A stretch of DNA of 64,000 bases from assembly GCA_002269645.1 (NCBI GenBank), contig NIVC01000059.1:682001-746000 (forward strand). Reading direction: 5' to 3'. Within the stretch, counting starts at the first letter, position 1. Each line of letters opens with the position of its first letter. The position numbers and the translations under genes were made by a program. Below are positions 38,222-51,639 of the stretch, in pieces. Under the pieces are notes generated by a model. The model saw only the letters and a list, made by a program, of their open reading frames with translations, ran no database searches and was not told the DNA's origin. This DNA comes from Macrostomum lignano (taxonomy: Eukaryota).

Positions 38222-41200
38222 CTGAAATAATATTTGTTAAATTTAACAAAATTCTTATTTAAATCTTCTTAGTTGTCTGCAGTTAGGGATACAACAAAAG
38301 ATGCATGGAATCAGAGATACAGCAGGTGTTCAACCAAATAAGTTACTTTAGAAGTAAAAAGTGAGAATGATATTAAGAAAGAATTCTGAGGCATTATATA
38401 AGATTTAAATATTCAAACAGCATTTACCATAACCTTAGATTCTCAATACTGCCTAGGATTTTATATGCAATTACATAAAATCAAAACCAAATATCAACCA
38501 AAAAGAAAAATTGTTTTAAAATATAGATTTGAGTTTCATTAAGATATTAACAAACTATCACCTTCTTGATAAAGAACAAGTTAAAAACTATAACATTAGT
38601 AAAAAAAGGGCTTTAGCATTTAAACAATTGAATAAAAATGGTCAGTTGAGTTCTCTCTAGCATAAAAGCTTATTAGAAAATGCTAAGCCAATATAATAAA
38701 CTACATCTGTTTTACAATTTTGAACCAATAATACAATATATCAAATATCTCATAATTGATATTATATATTATTAGACTTTTGCAATTGACAATAATTGTA
38801 ACCTTCTAGTGTTAGCATCTTTCTTTTAGTGTCTTTTTCTTTCTTTTGTTTCTATTTTTGTCTCTATGCAATTTTTTAATGATAGCCCCCAATTGGGCCA
38901 TTTTATTCTTTGTGCATATGTATTTAGAACTCTTTTGCAAATAGTTGAGCAATCAAAAATTTTACTGCCTCTATGTATGTATGTATGTATATATTTTATT
39001 TTATACATATATTTTATACAAGAACCTACAAAGGATAAGTCTTTAGGAAGAAGACAAGCAATATCATGGTGCTAGACAGTTTGTAGCCTCTTTAATAGCA
39101 ACTACACCACAGATGCCAGAAGCAGGCTTGCAACTTTGTGTATATCTGCCGCATCTGTGAGGCTTTGTGCTTAGCCTATTAGCACAACAATGGCTTGGGT
39201 CCAAAAAAACTAATAAATGCCACCTAAACCTCTACCTTGTCATCTACCATTCATTCCTGCTCCATCTTTAACTTTGCCTCTCACCATGCCTATAGCTTCA
39301 TTCTATCCATTTTGCCTCATCCATCAGTGGCTTTAGCCATACCTAGTGGTGCCATAGCTGCCACCAAATTGCCTAACCTGCAATTGATGTGCCAGCATAT
39401 GGAAGCTAGCATTGATATGACTCAGTTCAACTCAGGAGGTGTCAATTTTACTATAGATAAGGCCACTATCCATAGGTCATTTTGTGCTGACCCATTGGTT
39501 TATAATCTGGCAGTTAAGCCTATGTGTATACTGCTTGATTTTGCATTGCATTGCAGTGGAACAGGTGCAATTGCATTTACAAAACTAGTACTTGCAGTTG
39601 TTTGCTATGCTCTAAAGTCAAAATTTGTATTTAAGTTTATTGTCAATGAGCAATTTGCATTTTGATTGTTAGAATAGCCACTTAGTAGACTTTTGGGCAT
39701 TTAAAATGTGTGCTTACTTTATGGAGACCATTTTTGAGTCATTCTATTCAACAATGCAGTCTTGATAGCAGCATGGGGACCAAAGCAATGAAATGTTACA
39801 GCTCTGTCAAAGCTGCATTAGATATGTCTATTGCTTGGTAGCAGTGACAAAGAGCAGTTTCTTCTGAGCACAGTGAGAACTGCTCTTTAAGTATAACCGG
39901 CAGCTAAGTACAAAACCAACAAATTGGTCAACCAGCAAAAAGACCAGCATTTGCATTGCTTATTCATTGGCTCAATAGTTACCATTGCAAAGATTATACT
40001 GATGCCAATGACAATTATGACCTAGCAGCTACATTGCTTTTGTAGCTGACCATTGAGTAGTTTAAAACTCTTAGTTCTTAAAAGTTGTAATACAAAAAGT
40101 TTGCTACCAATAGACTGGGTTAGAATGCTTGACAATTAAGGGTTTAGGCAAAAATGGTACACAATGCACATATACCATTCTTCTTGGCATACATGGTGAT
40201 ATACATGGCACACATAATAATTTTTGGGGTGGCTTCTGGTGCACCCTATTGTAGCAAATAGAAGTGTCTAGATAGTGTCCTGCATGCATATGAAAATTTT
40301 GAAAATCTATTGATACACTTGCATACTAATATATTTATTTGCCTGCATAAATATAGATTATGTAAACAAGTGTGGATGTAGTCTATGCTACAAAATGGAG
40401 CTTCATGTATTATAGTAATAGTGCATTAGTGAATGATACATATAGATATACAAAATGGAGCTGCATATATAGCAATGTTGGCACATGATATATATATATG
40501 AAATGGAGCTATGCATAGTGTGCAATGGTACTGCAGGATACATGCACAAAATAGAGCTATGCTGCACAACTTTAATGTTGGCATATGATACATGCACTAG
40601 ATAGAGCTGAGCTATATGCACTCCACTGTTAATTTACAATGAAATTTTGGACAGCCTTTGTGTATACTCTATGACTGGGTGCTAGCCAAAGGCTAACCAG
40701 AGGCCATTGTAGAAAGCTTTTATATAGCCATGGACTGTCAATGTACTCAATGTGCTCTATTGTCACCATACATACGCAACCTTGGGAATTACTTGGCTGT
40801 TTCTATTGGCAACATACACATGTTAAGTTGTGAAGTGAGCACTAGTTTAGTGTTAGGTGCCCCACTTTTGTCAGCAGTTTCCTGCACCCTTTGGGGCTAT
40901 TGACTGCCACTGGTTGCAGCTCTCCCTCTCACTCTTCCTTCTTCCTCTCCTTTTCCATTTTTCCCATTTGTTCTTTTGGCTGCCTACATTTCCTCCCTTG
41001 CCCCCTCCCCCCTTTTTCAGTTCCTCTGCATTTCCAGTGTCTGAGCTTCTCTGCTCAGCCTGCTCTTGGTTCATTGTCTATCTGGCCTCTCTCCCCCTTT
41101 CTTGTGTGGCTGCATTCGTTTAGTCCCAGTTCAGCATTCAGGCTGTACTCTCTTTCCGGCTTGTACAGTAGCAGATCACGTGACCTAGGCACTCTATCAT

Positions 41201-43078
41201 TTTCTTGCACTGCCTTGTGCAATCTCAGGCGTCAGCCTCTAAATTTGGAACAGTGTCTTTGCCTCCCCGGCAGGGTTCTGCACTTGTTTCTAAAAATAGA
41301 ACTGAATCATTCCAGGTTGGGGGCGCAGTGAGAGCAATCTTGCGTACTCTGACGCAATGGGGGCTTGCACTGTATGGTGAAATCAATCTGCTATCCTATA
41401 AGTATGGGTCTCTTCTCTTGTGCCTTGTTTGGCAACCTCTCACTTGACTGCCCTTCATTTTATAAGTCTGGGCTAAGCATTGTCCTAACTTATAAGACTT
41501 GTGCATCTTTTACTAGTCTTTGCAAACTCCATTCTAACTTCAGATCCATCTTTGACTGTGTGACTGAGCTTGTGCAGATAATCTCAACTAAGATAACGAG
41601 AAACTAGCACAGTCCCCAATCCTTGCACTTGAGCCTGGCAGGACTGCTGCCGAGGTGTGCACTTGTGCAAACTGTCAAATCTGCATGGCATGCTGAGTTT
41701 CTGAGTCTCGTTTATTTTACTCAGCCTGGATTCTCCCTCATTGAAGGACAAGATCCAAGTGAGTTGGTGGCAGCATCTACCAATGCTACTAAGAGCAACT
41801 AGGAGGCTTCTTAGGAGAGTCGGCTGACAGCCTAAGTGACTAATTGGGAAGCGAACAACAGTCTGTACTTCACTGGTGGTAGCGGTGGGATTTCAAGACC
41901 TGCTAGGCCATCTCCAGACCAACAAAAACCCAAAATACTTCAGTTGCTATTGGCTGAGGGCAGTCACGTGACTACTTTTCTATCCAATAGCGACTTATGT
42001 GTGTTGCCAATAGAAATGGCTAGGTGAATCCCTAGGTTGCACCCAAGCATGATTGTCACTATACTCTAGAGCTGCATACCTACCTTGCTTGGTATTTGAT
42101 TTTGAATGTTGCAGCAATTCCTGAAGAGGTGCTTCTGTAGATTAGCTGACAGTGGCTGCAGACCTACTTTGTTGTGTTCAAGTCAGCAATTGGTGACAAA
42201 AAGTAAGAGGTCTAGTAATGGCTAAATAGTAAGACTAAGCATCCTCAATTTATATTCAGTAGATATAAATTCTTAACAAAAACTTGATTTGATCTTTCTT
42301 TATTTATATGTAGCAAGGGCAAAATTCTTTTTTCTATGCATTATATAGCTGCATTTGCATACCTCTAATAAAGTTTAGTTTACATAGGGGCAATGTGTCT
42401 ATACATTTTGAAAATTTGCTGTAATAGGGCTGATACATGTATAGAATGATCCTAACTATGGGTAATTTCTTTTCTTGCACCTTTATTTACTTGACAATGT
42501 GGACATTGTCCATCCTTCTAAAAAGAGGAAAATATAATGCATTTGCCTATCTATTTTAAAAATAATTTAATTTTGTATTTATTTCACATTTTAAGCTACT
42601 TATATTTGCACTCTTTAGATTTAAAATTATATGATTTTTTTATTGCTTAGCCTAATATTGACAAATATATAGGGCCTAATAAATTGTCAAATTGATTGTA
42701 AGAGTGCATGATTTGATTTAGCATTATCAAAAAATTCAAAATGAGTTTTGGCTTTTATAACATTATATTAATGTACTTAAAATTTTGAAAAAATCTGACT
42801 TACTTTTTTAAAGTTAGGCCTAGCTTTGCTGTTGTTAAATGAGGTTAGGAAGCCAGGGGCAACTTGCAGATCAGCCTTGAGAAGGGCTCTATTACAATAG
42901 TTAAGAGACTTATCTAGCAGGGGCATAAAGCCTTAGTAGCCCAGGTTTAGACTAGGACTTAAGGCCTAGTGAGAGTGCCTTATTGGTGCTACTAACCTAG
43001 CCTTTGGACTAAGACACCACCAACCTAATAGTAGAAGTGGAAACCTTTTAAACTTTGTATGACTTGGAATATTCCAAC

Positions 43079-44038
43079 TAGGGTGTCCTAAAAGTCAGTG
43101 CACTTTCTTCACTATACAGCCTTTTCTGACCAATCAGAAATATTAAGTCTTTTGCAGTTGAAAAGAGAATGTTAAAATGACTTTCTGTTTATTTATCTAT
43201 CTGCTGGCATTCTTGAGATATGAGTACTTTTCTGCCCACCCCCTGTGCTACTTTTACAAACTGCCTTAGACCAAAGCTTTGTACCTGATGCACAAAACAA
43301 CAAAACATTCAACAAATCAACAAAACATCTACAACATGGAAGCTGAGGAAAGAACAGTTAAAAGTTAATCATCAACATTGTCCTGAGGCTTCTCCACATA
43401 GTCACCACTGCGCTGCACACTTCTGCCATCAGCTATGCATGTTGTCAATGTCGTTAATCAGCAAAATCTAAGCGCAACATCTAATGAAGGAGAACTTGGC
43501 AAGTCAATGCTTCTAGGCTCCCACGACAAGCAAAGATTTTTCCATGCAGCAGCTTCTTCCTCTTTGGAAAGAAGGCAAAGTCAGCTGTTGACAAATCTGG
43601 AAAGTAGGGTGGCAGTGAGAGCAGCACAAAATTTGCCTGCTTGATTGTCTCCTCCAGTTTCTTGGCCGTGTGGGACATGCATTGTTGACATGCACAGCCA
43701 ATGGCAGAAGTGTGCAGCGCAGTGGCAACTATGTGGAGAAGCATTTGGACAATGTTGATTAACTTTTAACTGTTCTTTCCCTAGCTTTTATTTTGCAGAT
43801 GTTTTGTTGTTTCGTGCATCAGGTACAAAGCTTTGGTTTAAGGCAATTTATAAAAGTAGCACAGGGGGTGGGCAGAAAAGTACTCATATCTCAAGAATGC
43901 TAGCAGATACAAAAATAAACAGAAAGTCATTTTAACATGCAGATAATTCTCTTTTCAACTGCAACAGACTTAATATTTCTGATTGGTCAGAAAAGGCTAT
44001 AATGAAGAAAGTGCACCGACTTTAGGACACCCCTCATA
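43079..44038. mobile_element. Mariner-derived foldback element: ~370-bp inverted arms around a transposase remnant
   Basis: Arms ~43081-43450 and ~43680-44034 are reverse complements, starting GGGTGTCCTAAA. The core encodes LPPYFPDLSTADFAFFPKRK (YSPDL motif) on the minus strand. Confidence 0.85.
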
Positions 44039-45052
44039 AATACAATTGCAAGAGTCTAAATATCATTCTGACTCTTATTTTGACTGATTATTTAAGAAAA
44101 TTGTGCATTTAACAGTCAGAATGATATTTAGACTCTTGCAATTTGTATTAAAAAATCAGTCAAAATAAGAGTCGAAATATTCTAACCATTATTCCAACTT
44201 GTACTTTAACCATATTACGAGTTGGAATAATGGTCGGAAAATTCCAAATCAAACAAAGTTTAAAATGTGAAGTGGAAATGGAAATAGAAATGGAAGTGCA
44301 AGTTGGAAGTAGAAGTGGACAGTGGAAGTGGCCTAGCTTTATTGAACCTAGTTAGGCATAGGAAACAACTTTAACTAAGCAAAATAACAAGAGAAAAAAT
44401 TTAGAAGCATGGGCTATAAGAAAAAGTGACAAAAAAATTTATATCCTTTTATGCTTTTTAATCCTAGAGTCCCTAGACTTAGGCCTAGAGCTAACTTTGT
44501 AAGATAAGTTAGTAATGGATCTAAATATTTGGATTTGGAAAAATTGTTTAATACTTTATAGAAATATAAATGTTTTGGATTTGGAAATTTCATTTTCTAA
44601 ATATTTCTAAATATGCTAATGCTTTTGAATATGAAAAAATACAATACTTACATTTTATTATTCATTTTTGCTATAATATGTATATTTATTATAGGAAAGT
44701 TATATCAAGTAAAGTTAGGCCTACTAAACTTAGGGACCTTTGAGGCATTGAACCTAAAGTGGCAAAAACATTTTGGCAATCATTGTTTTAGCAGAATTAT
44801 TATTTGTTTTTTTAAATGTAAATGCACTATGGTTAAAGTTCTTAAATTACCTAAATATAATGTCAGTTAATATTAAGCCCTAGTAATTAGAATTAGCTGG
44901 ATTACTTATTAAGGAGTTAAGTTTAATTCAAACTTATTTACTTTTTTAATTCTTAAGTTTAAATTCTTGCAATTTGATTTGAAAAGTAGAATAGTTGCTT
45001 ATTTAGATCACTAATTAGATAATAAGGTAGGCCAATTTTCATTACTTAAAAG

Positions 45053-45451
45053 TAGAGGTCGGACGGGATTGAAATCTTCAGGCGGGATCGGGATCGGGAA
45101 TAATTTTTTTCTCGGGATCAGGATCGGGATAGGGATTCGGGAATCGGGATCAGGTCTTTTAATGTATTGTCCATGTAAAGTTAAACAAAATTGAGAAAAG
45201 ATTGTCAAGATCAAGAAGTAAAACACAACGAAATTGATGTGAAGTTTTGTAACCAACAAAGTAAATAATGTAACGAGTACAAGTTAAAGCAAAATACCTT
45301 CAAGTAATCACTAATTCTATAAAGTATTAATCGAAAGACCTGTTCCCGAACCTAGAGTTTTTTAGGGTCGGGATTCTGGTCCCGCGGGAATTCAATTTTC
45401 CTCGGGATCCCAAGATTTTGGGATCGGGATCGGGATCCCATCTGACCTCTA
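45053..45451. mobile_element. hAT-like MITE with GGGATC subterminal repeats
   Basis: TIR TAGAGGTCGGACGGGAT / ATCCCATCTGACCTCTA; flanks cttaaaag / cttaagtg (6/8); CpG-rich relative to its flanks. Confidence 0.75.
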
Positions 45452-48400
45452 CTTAAGTGTCATAGTTACTCCCACCATTTACCATTTACTTTTTGTTGAC
45501 ATTCAGAAACACATTTGGATTCATTCAGATATTTAGATTTGGCTTAGGAAACTTGCAAAAATCCATTTTTTGTCTATCACTGAGATAGGCCCTCTACCCC
45601 CTATGGCTATTGTTATAAAGGTTTTTTTCATTAATGAATTAGAGATAGGTCTAATTGTTAAATTTATATTGTCTTGTCTTATTATTGCATAGACCTAACA
45701 TAACAATAATAACTTTATAGAATTAATGCCAAATAGCAAATAGGCCTAGCCATGGGAGTTAAAAGAATTGTTAGTGACAAAAAGAAAATAACCATTACAA
45801 CTTAGTCTCACCACTTATTAGTAGCAGGTGAAAGGTCTTGTACTTTTGTCTAGTACTAACCTAGTATATTGTATATTGTATGTAGGCCCTAGGCCTATTG
45901 AGATTGAGGACAACACATATTTTAGAATAGTATAATAGCCTCAGCATGCCATAATGTATGCTTACTAAACATTATATAAAAATTATGAATAGGCCCCAGT
46001 CGATGAAAAAGCTAGGCGTAAAGCTTAGCCTATAGATATTATAAATATACGCCTAATATAGCAAATTAAAGACAAAAATGTCTGTCTTAAGAGCGATGCC
46101 GATGCATAAAAGCCAAGGTCATTAGGGAGGCAAGGTGCCATTATATTTAGGCGTAGTAGTAGGTCTAGTGCTCAATTCTTTAAGTTATATTAACACAAAC
46201 AGAGGCCAGGGGCATAAAGTTAAAAGACAACTAGGCCCTTCACTCGCACTAAGCTTAGGCCGTAGGCTCTAGTAGTAGTAGAAAAGTTAGCCTAATTCTA
46301 GGAAAGCTTTCATTTTGTTAACAAAATATTTACTTGCATAATTTTGCAAAATATTTAGCCTAGTATTTTTGTAAGACACTTTTTCACCTTAAAAATAGCT
46401 TTTTTATAGAAATAGTTTCTATGATTAAACAACGTTTTATCAAGTAGGAGGTCCTAGAAATAAACATTACACTTTTTTGAATTTCAACCCACTTGTACCA
46501 AGTACTATACATAAGTGTATTTTTGCTAATAATATAGTTATATAACTCTGTAATCTATTTTTTCTCGTTTTGATTTTAATTTTAGTTGTAAAGCAAGTTT
46601 TCTCTATTTAGGTATGCATCTTGTATTATTGATATCGATTTTATATATCGTGAGCAGTGACATGCAACAGTCAACACTATGCTCACAGGCATAGCCTCAC
46701 ACTAACAGGGGCCAATCTGTATGTTCTAGATTCTAGTTCTCATTTGTCTACAACAATAATTAATGACTATTGGTTGCAAACTTGCAATATGGTTCTGTCT
46801 GCCACCCTTTTGACTGCAAACCTAATATTCATAGAGTCAAGTCATTTATTTTAGTCTACCAATTTCATCATTTAATTTGATTTTGCCTAGGGCTGGGGCC
46901 TACAATATACATTTTTAGACTTTCTATATAAAATACCTTTTTTGTAGACCTAGCACTCAGAACTCTAAATAAAAAGTTCTAGGCCTAATCTCAATCAGGA
47001 GCTTTGAGGCATACCCCACAATGATTTTTGCTTAGGTCTCAGTTTTACTTTGCTATATTTAGGCCTATATGTTCTAGGCCTTTTTATTTAAGTTTTAAAA
47101 TAAAAGAATAAAAAAAAATAAAACAAATATTCAAGTTTAAGTATCTAAATAAATCAAATATTGGACTACACTATACAAATAATTTAGTAGAATCTAAAAT
47201 ATTAGATTAGGCCTAGGGCCTATTCTAACTTAAATCAATTTTTTTGTTATTAGACTAAGCCTATTGTTTAGCATACTAGCAACACTTCATTTAAAAATAT
47301 ATTGTTTAACAATGTTTTTTAAAAATATTATTATTATAGGAATATAGGGCCTAGACATATAAACATGGTAAATAATGAGGTTTTATTCATAAAACAGGCT
47401 TTATTTTTTAGAATCATTTTCTTAGAAAGTAGGCCTATTGTATTTGGAATTAGGCTAGGCCTACTTTGTTTTAATATGATTAATATTAGTAACATTGTAA
47501 ATATTATGAATAGGGCCTATTATATTTTATTTGTTTAAAACCATGCTGAAAAAGGGTAGGCTATAAATATATAAGCTACTAGCAAGAGAAAAGGCAACTT
47601 GATACTGGCCACAGATACTAGAATAACTAGATAGGTCACTCGCTATTTAAATTGTGAAAAAGTAGAGCCTCTACTCTTTTTTCAGTAGTTGTCTGCATTA
47701 ATGTAAATTAAATTTGATGTAACAGATAAAATTCCTTTCCTTCCTCAGGGCTTGCAGCCTCAAGAGCATATGGGGTTAAGAATTAACAAGCATTTGTTAA
47801 CTCAATGTACACAAATGAACGCAAGACGGACGAAACTCAGCCTGGGGGGCAGGCCCAATCTAGCTCAGCCAATGAGAGAGCAGTAGAGAGATGCCTGGCT
47901 AGGGGGCTGGGACGCCAGCACTGAATTTTCTCTTGCTCTCTATGCCAAGCACTGAATTTGGGAATTTTACATTTTTATAGTTTTCTATAGTCCTAAGTCT
48001 TTAATTCGTTTTTTTTAACTGGTAAAACTGAGCAGACATGCTTATTTAATTAGCCTGCTTGTAGAAAGACATGGACAAATTTTGCAGCTTTAAAAACTTT
48101 AAGTTTCATTTAAAACAAGATAAATTTTAATTTCACTTTCATAAAGGCAAAAAATGCTAATTTTGCTACTGAAAAAAGAGTAGAGAAACGCATTTTTTGT
48201 GAGTGACATATCTAGTTATTCTAGTATCTGTGATACTGGCTTACAATTTGTTCCAGTATCTTATATTGAAGCTTGAAAACAATACTGACTTAGTTAGAAG
48301 TTTCAAAAGCCCTAGGATTTAATTCAATTCCAAATTCAATCCATTCCTAGAAAATGAGACATCTAAATCTAGAATCTAAGAAATCATCTTTAGAAGGCAG

Positions 48401-49589
48401 AAATCCTACCAAAGGATAGAGTAATCCAAACTCAAAGTCTAAGAATTTAGACCTTAGGGTAGAATACCCAGCAAGTAAAGTGTGACCCTCTGATCCTATG
48501 AATGCCTAGGACTAAAATAATAAACTTTTAAAGTATAATGATAAGATAGACAATGCTATAAGTCTACTTAGGCCAGAAGTACAGTACATGTACATACACT
48601 TACCAGTAGATTAATATATGCATTACTAGTAGATAAATATATACACTACTAGAAGTATAAATACCTATAAATGTACAATAATTATAGGAACTATTAGTAC
48701 AACTTTGGAGACTTAACAGAAAGATTTTTATTAGAGAGAAGTTAGCCCTGTGACAACTTGGTGGCAGTTTGCAAGATTATATCTGGGACAAAAAAAACCT
48801 CTAAGTCATTCAAAAAATAGTAGAAACCATATTAACACATAATATAAGTAATCAGATAGTAATAACCAGTTCAAATTGTTATTATAGTACTGCATGTTCT
48901 TTTCTATGCCCCTTGGCCCTGATTCAAACATGCAATATTTTGATTCTATGGATATTTTTGGATATAGCTATGATATAAATTTATATTTATATCACTGTAT
49001 AACTCATGTGTATACTATGCCTAATATGTATGAATACATGCCAATGCGTGGTCCTCTATCTGGCCTTCAGGTCCTTTAAAACTTCACAATAAGCAATGGT
49101 CTAATCAGGGTTCATGTCTCTTCTCAGCTCCCTTCTCTCTTATCTCCTCTCTCTTCTCTCCTCTCTTCTCTCCTCTCCTCTCTCTTCTCCTCTTCTCTAC
49201 CAACTTCTCTCCCTTCCTCTCTTTTTTTTCAGATCTCCTTCTCTAGTCCTCTCTCCTCATGTCTCATTTCTTCTCATTCATTCCCTTGCCTCTCTTTTCT
49301 CCTATCTCTCTTTCTATTCCCTCTCCTCTCACCCCTCCTCTGGCTCGCAGTCATGCGCTAGATTCTTTATCCAGCCTTCGAGTTAAAAATGTTTACCAAC
49401 CCTGATAAAGATATTGATATATTGGGTTTATATATTTGGATATATTGGGTTATATCGCTACCAATGTAGATACCAATGATAACATTTCTGAATGCAAGTT
49501 TGTTTATTAAGTATTTGCGGCAATCTTTCAGACGCCTTCAGAACCAAGATATTATTTGATCAGCTAAAAAAGCAACTAGGCAAAAGAGC

Positions 49590-50152
49590 ATGCCTGTCAA
49601 TCAACTAATCCGAGGTCCAAGACGCAGCCTAGCAACTGCACTCCTGTTGGGTATCTGTTTGGTTGCTGCTACGCATCTGATTTTACCAATTCTGTCTCCA
49701 TTGCCCCAGCCGGCCTACACTGGCCAAGATGCTGTTCCCAGTTCTCTCCCAGACTATGCTCAGCCAGATGACTTGCACGCCGCCCGTCTTGGTCGTCGGT
49801 ACCTTAACAACGATCAACCGTCGCCTTGGGGTCACCCAGTGATGGACATGTCCTGCAGTATGCACACCTGCTTCAATTTCTCCCGCTGTCGTCAAGGCTT
49901 CACAGTTTATGTTTATCCAAAGCCAACTGGCGAGGCCGATGGTGTTCTTGGCAGCGATGACGAGTCCAATGCCGAGTTGAGTGGCGGAGGCGAAACCTAT
50001 GATAAAATTTTGCGAGCTATCCGACTGTCGCCCTATTATACTGACGATCCGGAGAAGGCCTGCATATTTGTGCCTGGCATCGATACACTAGACAGGGACT
50101 CGTTAAGTCCTAGGTTTAAGGCTAAAGCTGCTGCCGTGATCACCGGATACAG
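49590..50152 (+). CDS. EXT1: Exostosin-1-like glycosyltransferase, exon 1
   Basis: Type II TM; CSMHTCFNFSRC, VYVYP, SPYYTDDPEKACIFVPGIDTLDRD; donor ag|gttagt. Confidence 0.95.
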
Positions 50153-50274
50153 GTTAGTTTATTATGCAGTTTCCCTGTAAACTGTTCAACCCTATCTATC
50201 AGAGATGCAACTTTTTCTGTTGACAGCAAACTGTAAAATGTAGATATATCCGTTTGTGTCTCAGTAATCTATCG

Positions 50275-51150
50275 ATATCTTCTCAGCCCAGGTGTCTCAT
50301 AAACTCTCTAGATCTCAGCCCAGGTGTCTTATCTCTATCGCTATCTCAGCCCACGTGTCTCATCTCTATCGCTATCTCAGCCCAGGTGTCTCATCTCTAT
50401 CGCTATCTCAGCCCAGGTGTCTTATCTCTATCGCTATCTCAGCCCAGGTGTCTTATCTCTATCGCTATCTCAGCCCAGGTGTCTTATCTCTATCGCTATC
50501 TCAGCCCAGGTGTCTTATCTCTATCGCTATCTCAGCCCAGGTGTCTTATCTCTATCGCTATCTCAGCCCACTTGTCTTATCTCTATCGCTATCTCAGCCC
50601 AGGTGTCTTATCTCTATCGCTATCTCAGCCCAGGTGTCTTATCTCTATCGCTATCTCAGCCCACGTGTCTTATCTCTGTCGCTATCTCAGCCCAGGTGTC
50701 TTATCTCTGTCGCTATCTCAGCCCAGGTGTCTTATCTCTATTGCTATCTCAGCCCAGGTGTCTTATCTCTATTGCTATCTCAGCCCAGGTGTCTCATTAT
50801 CTGTCTCAATCTCAGTCTAGGTGTCTTATCTCTATTGCTATCTCAGCCCAGGTGTCTTATCTCTATTGCTATCTCAGCCCAGGTGTCTTATCTCTATTGC
50901 TATCTCAGCCCAGGTGTCTCATCTCTATCGCTATCTCAGCCCAGGTAATGTCATCAATAGTCTATCTCAATCTCAAATCATGTATCTCATCAGTAGTCTA
51001 TCTCAATCTCAAATCATGTATCTTATCAATATTCTATCGCTATCTCAGCCCAGGTATCTCATCATTAGTTTATGGCTATCTCAGCCCAGGTGTCTCATCA
51101 ATAGTCTATGGCTATCTCAGCCCAGGTATCTCCCCAGCCAGCCCAGGTAT
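50275..51150. repeat. 31-bp intronic minisatellite (CTATCTCAGCCCAGGTGTCTTATCTCTATCG)n
   Basis: Period 31 (50401, 50432, ...). Confidence 0.95.
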
Positions 51151-51160
51151 TAAATTATAG

Positions 51161-51613
51161 CTCACTACACCGCACCTGTCGCACCCGCAGTCACTGGCAC
51201 GGCCGTGGCGAGAACCATTTAATATTCAACCTGTACGCCGGCACCTGGCCTAATTATTACGAGCACGAGTTGGGTATACCCACTAACCGGGCCATTCTGG
51301 CTAAGGCCAGCTTCTCTACTACAAATATTCGATCTTTATTCGACCTGTCATTCCCTCTGGTGCACTCGCAGCACCCGCTGTCCGCGCCAGCCCAGACCGT
51401 GGCGGCCTCGCCCGAGCCCTACTTGGCCAAGGCTAGGCGGCCCATTCTGCTGTCCTTCAAAGGCAAGCGGTACGTTATTGGCAGCGGCAGTGCTAGTAGA
51501 AACTCGCTGTACCATCTGGACAATGGCAAGGATATTCTGCTGTTTACCACCTGCAAGCACGGGGATAATTGGCGACGGTACAGTGATTCCAGATGCGCCT
51601 TGGATAATGCCAG
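51161..51613 (+). CDS. EXT1: EXT1-like exon 2
   Basis: GENHLIFNLYAGTWP, ILAKAS, FKGKRY, LFTTCKHG; phase 2 at both ends. Confidence 0.95.
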
Positions 51614-51639
51614 GTTTGCTTTAATGCTTTATGAGCACT

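Noticed and set aside
39237-42030. Short ORFs in the CpG-depleted region
   Set aside because: No recognisable domains; probably an old decayed TE that cannot be classified by eye.
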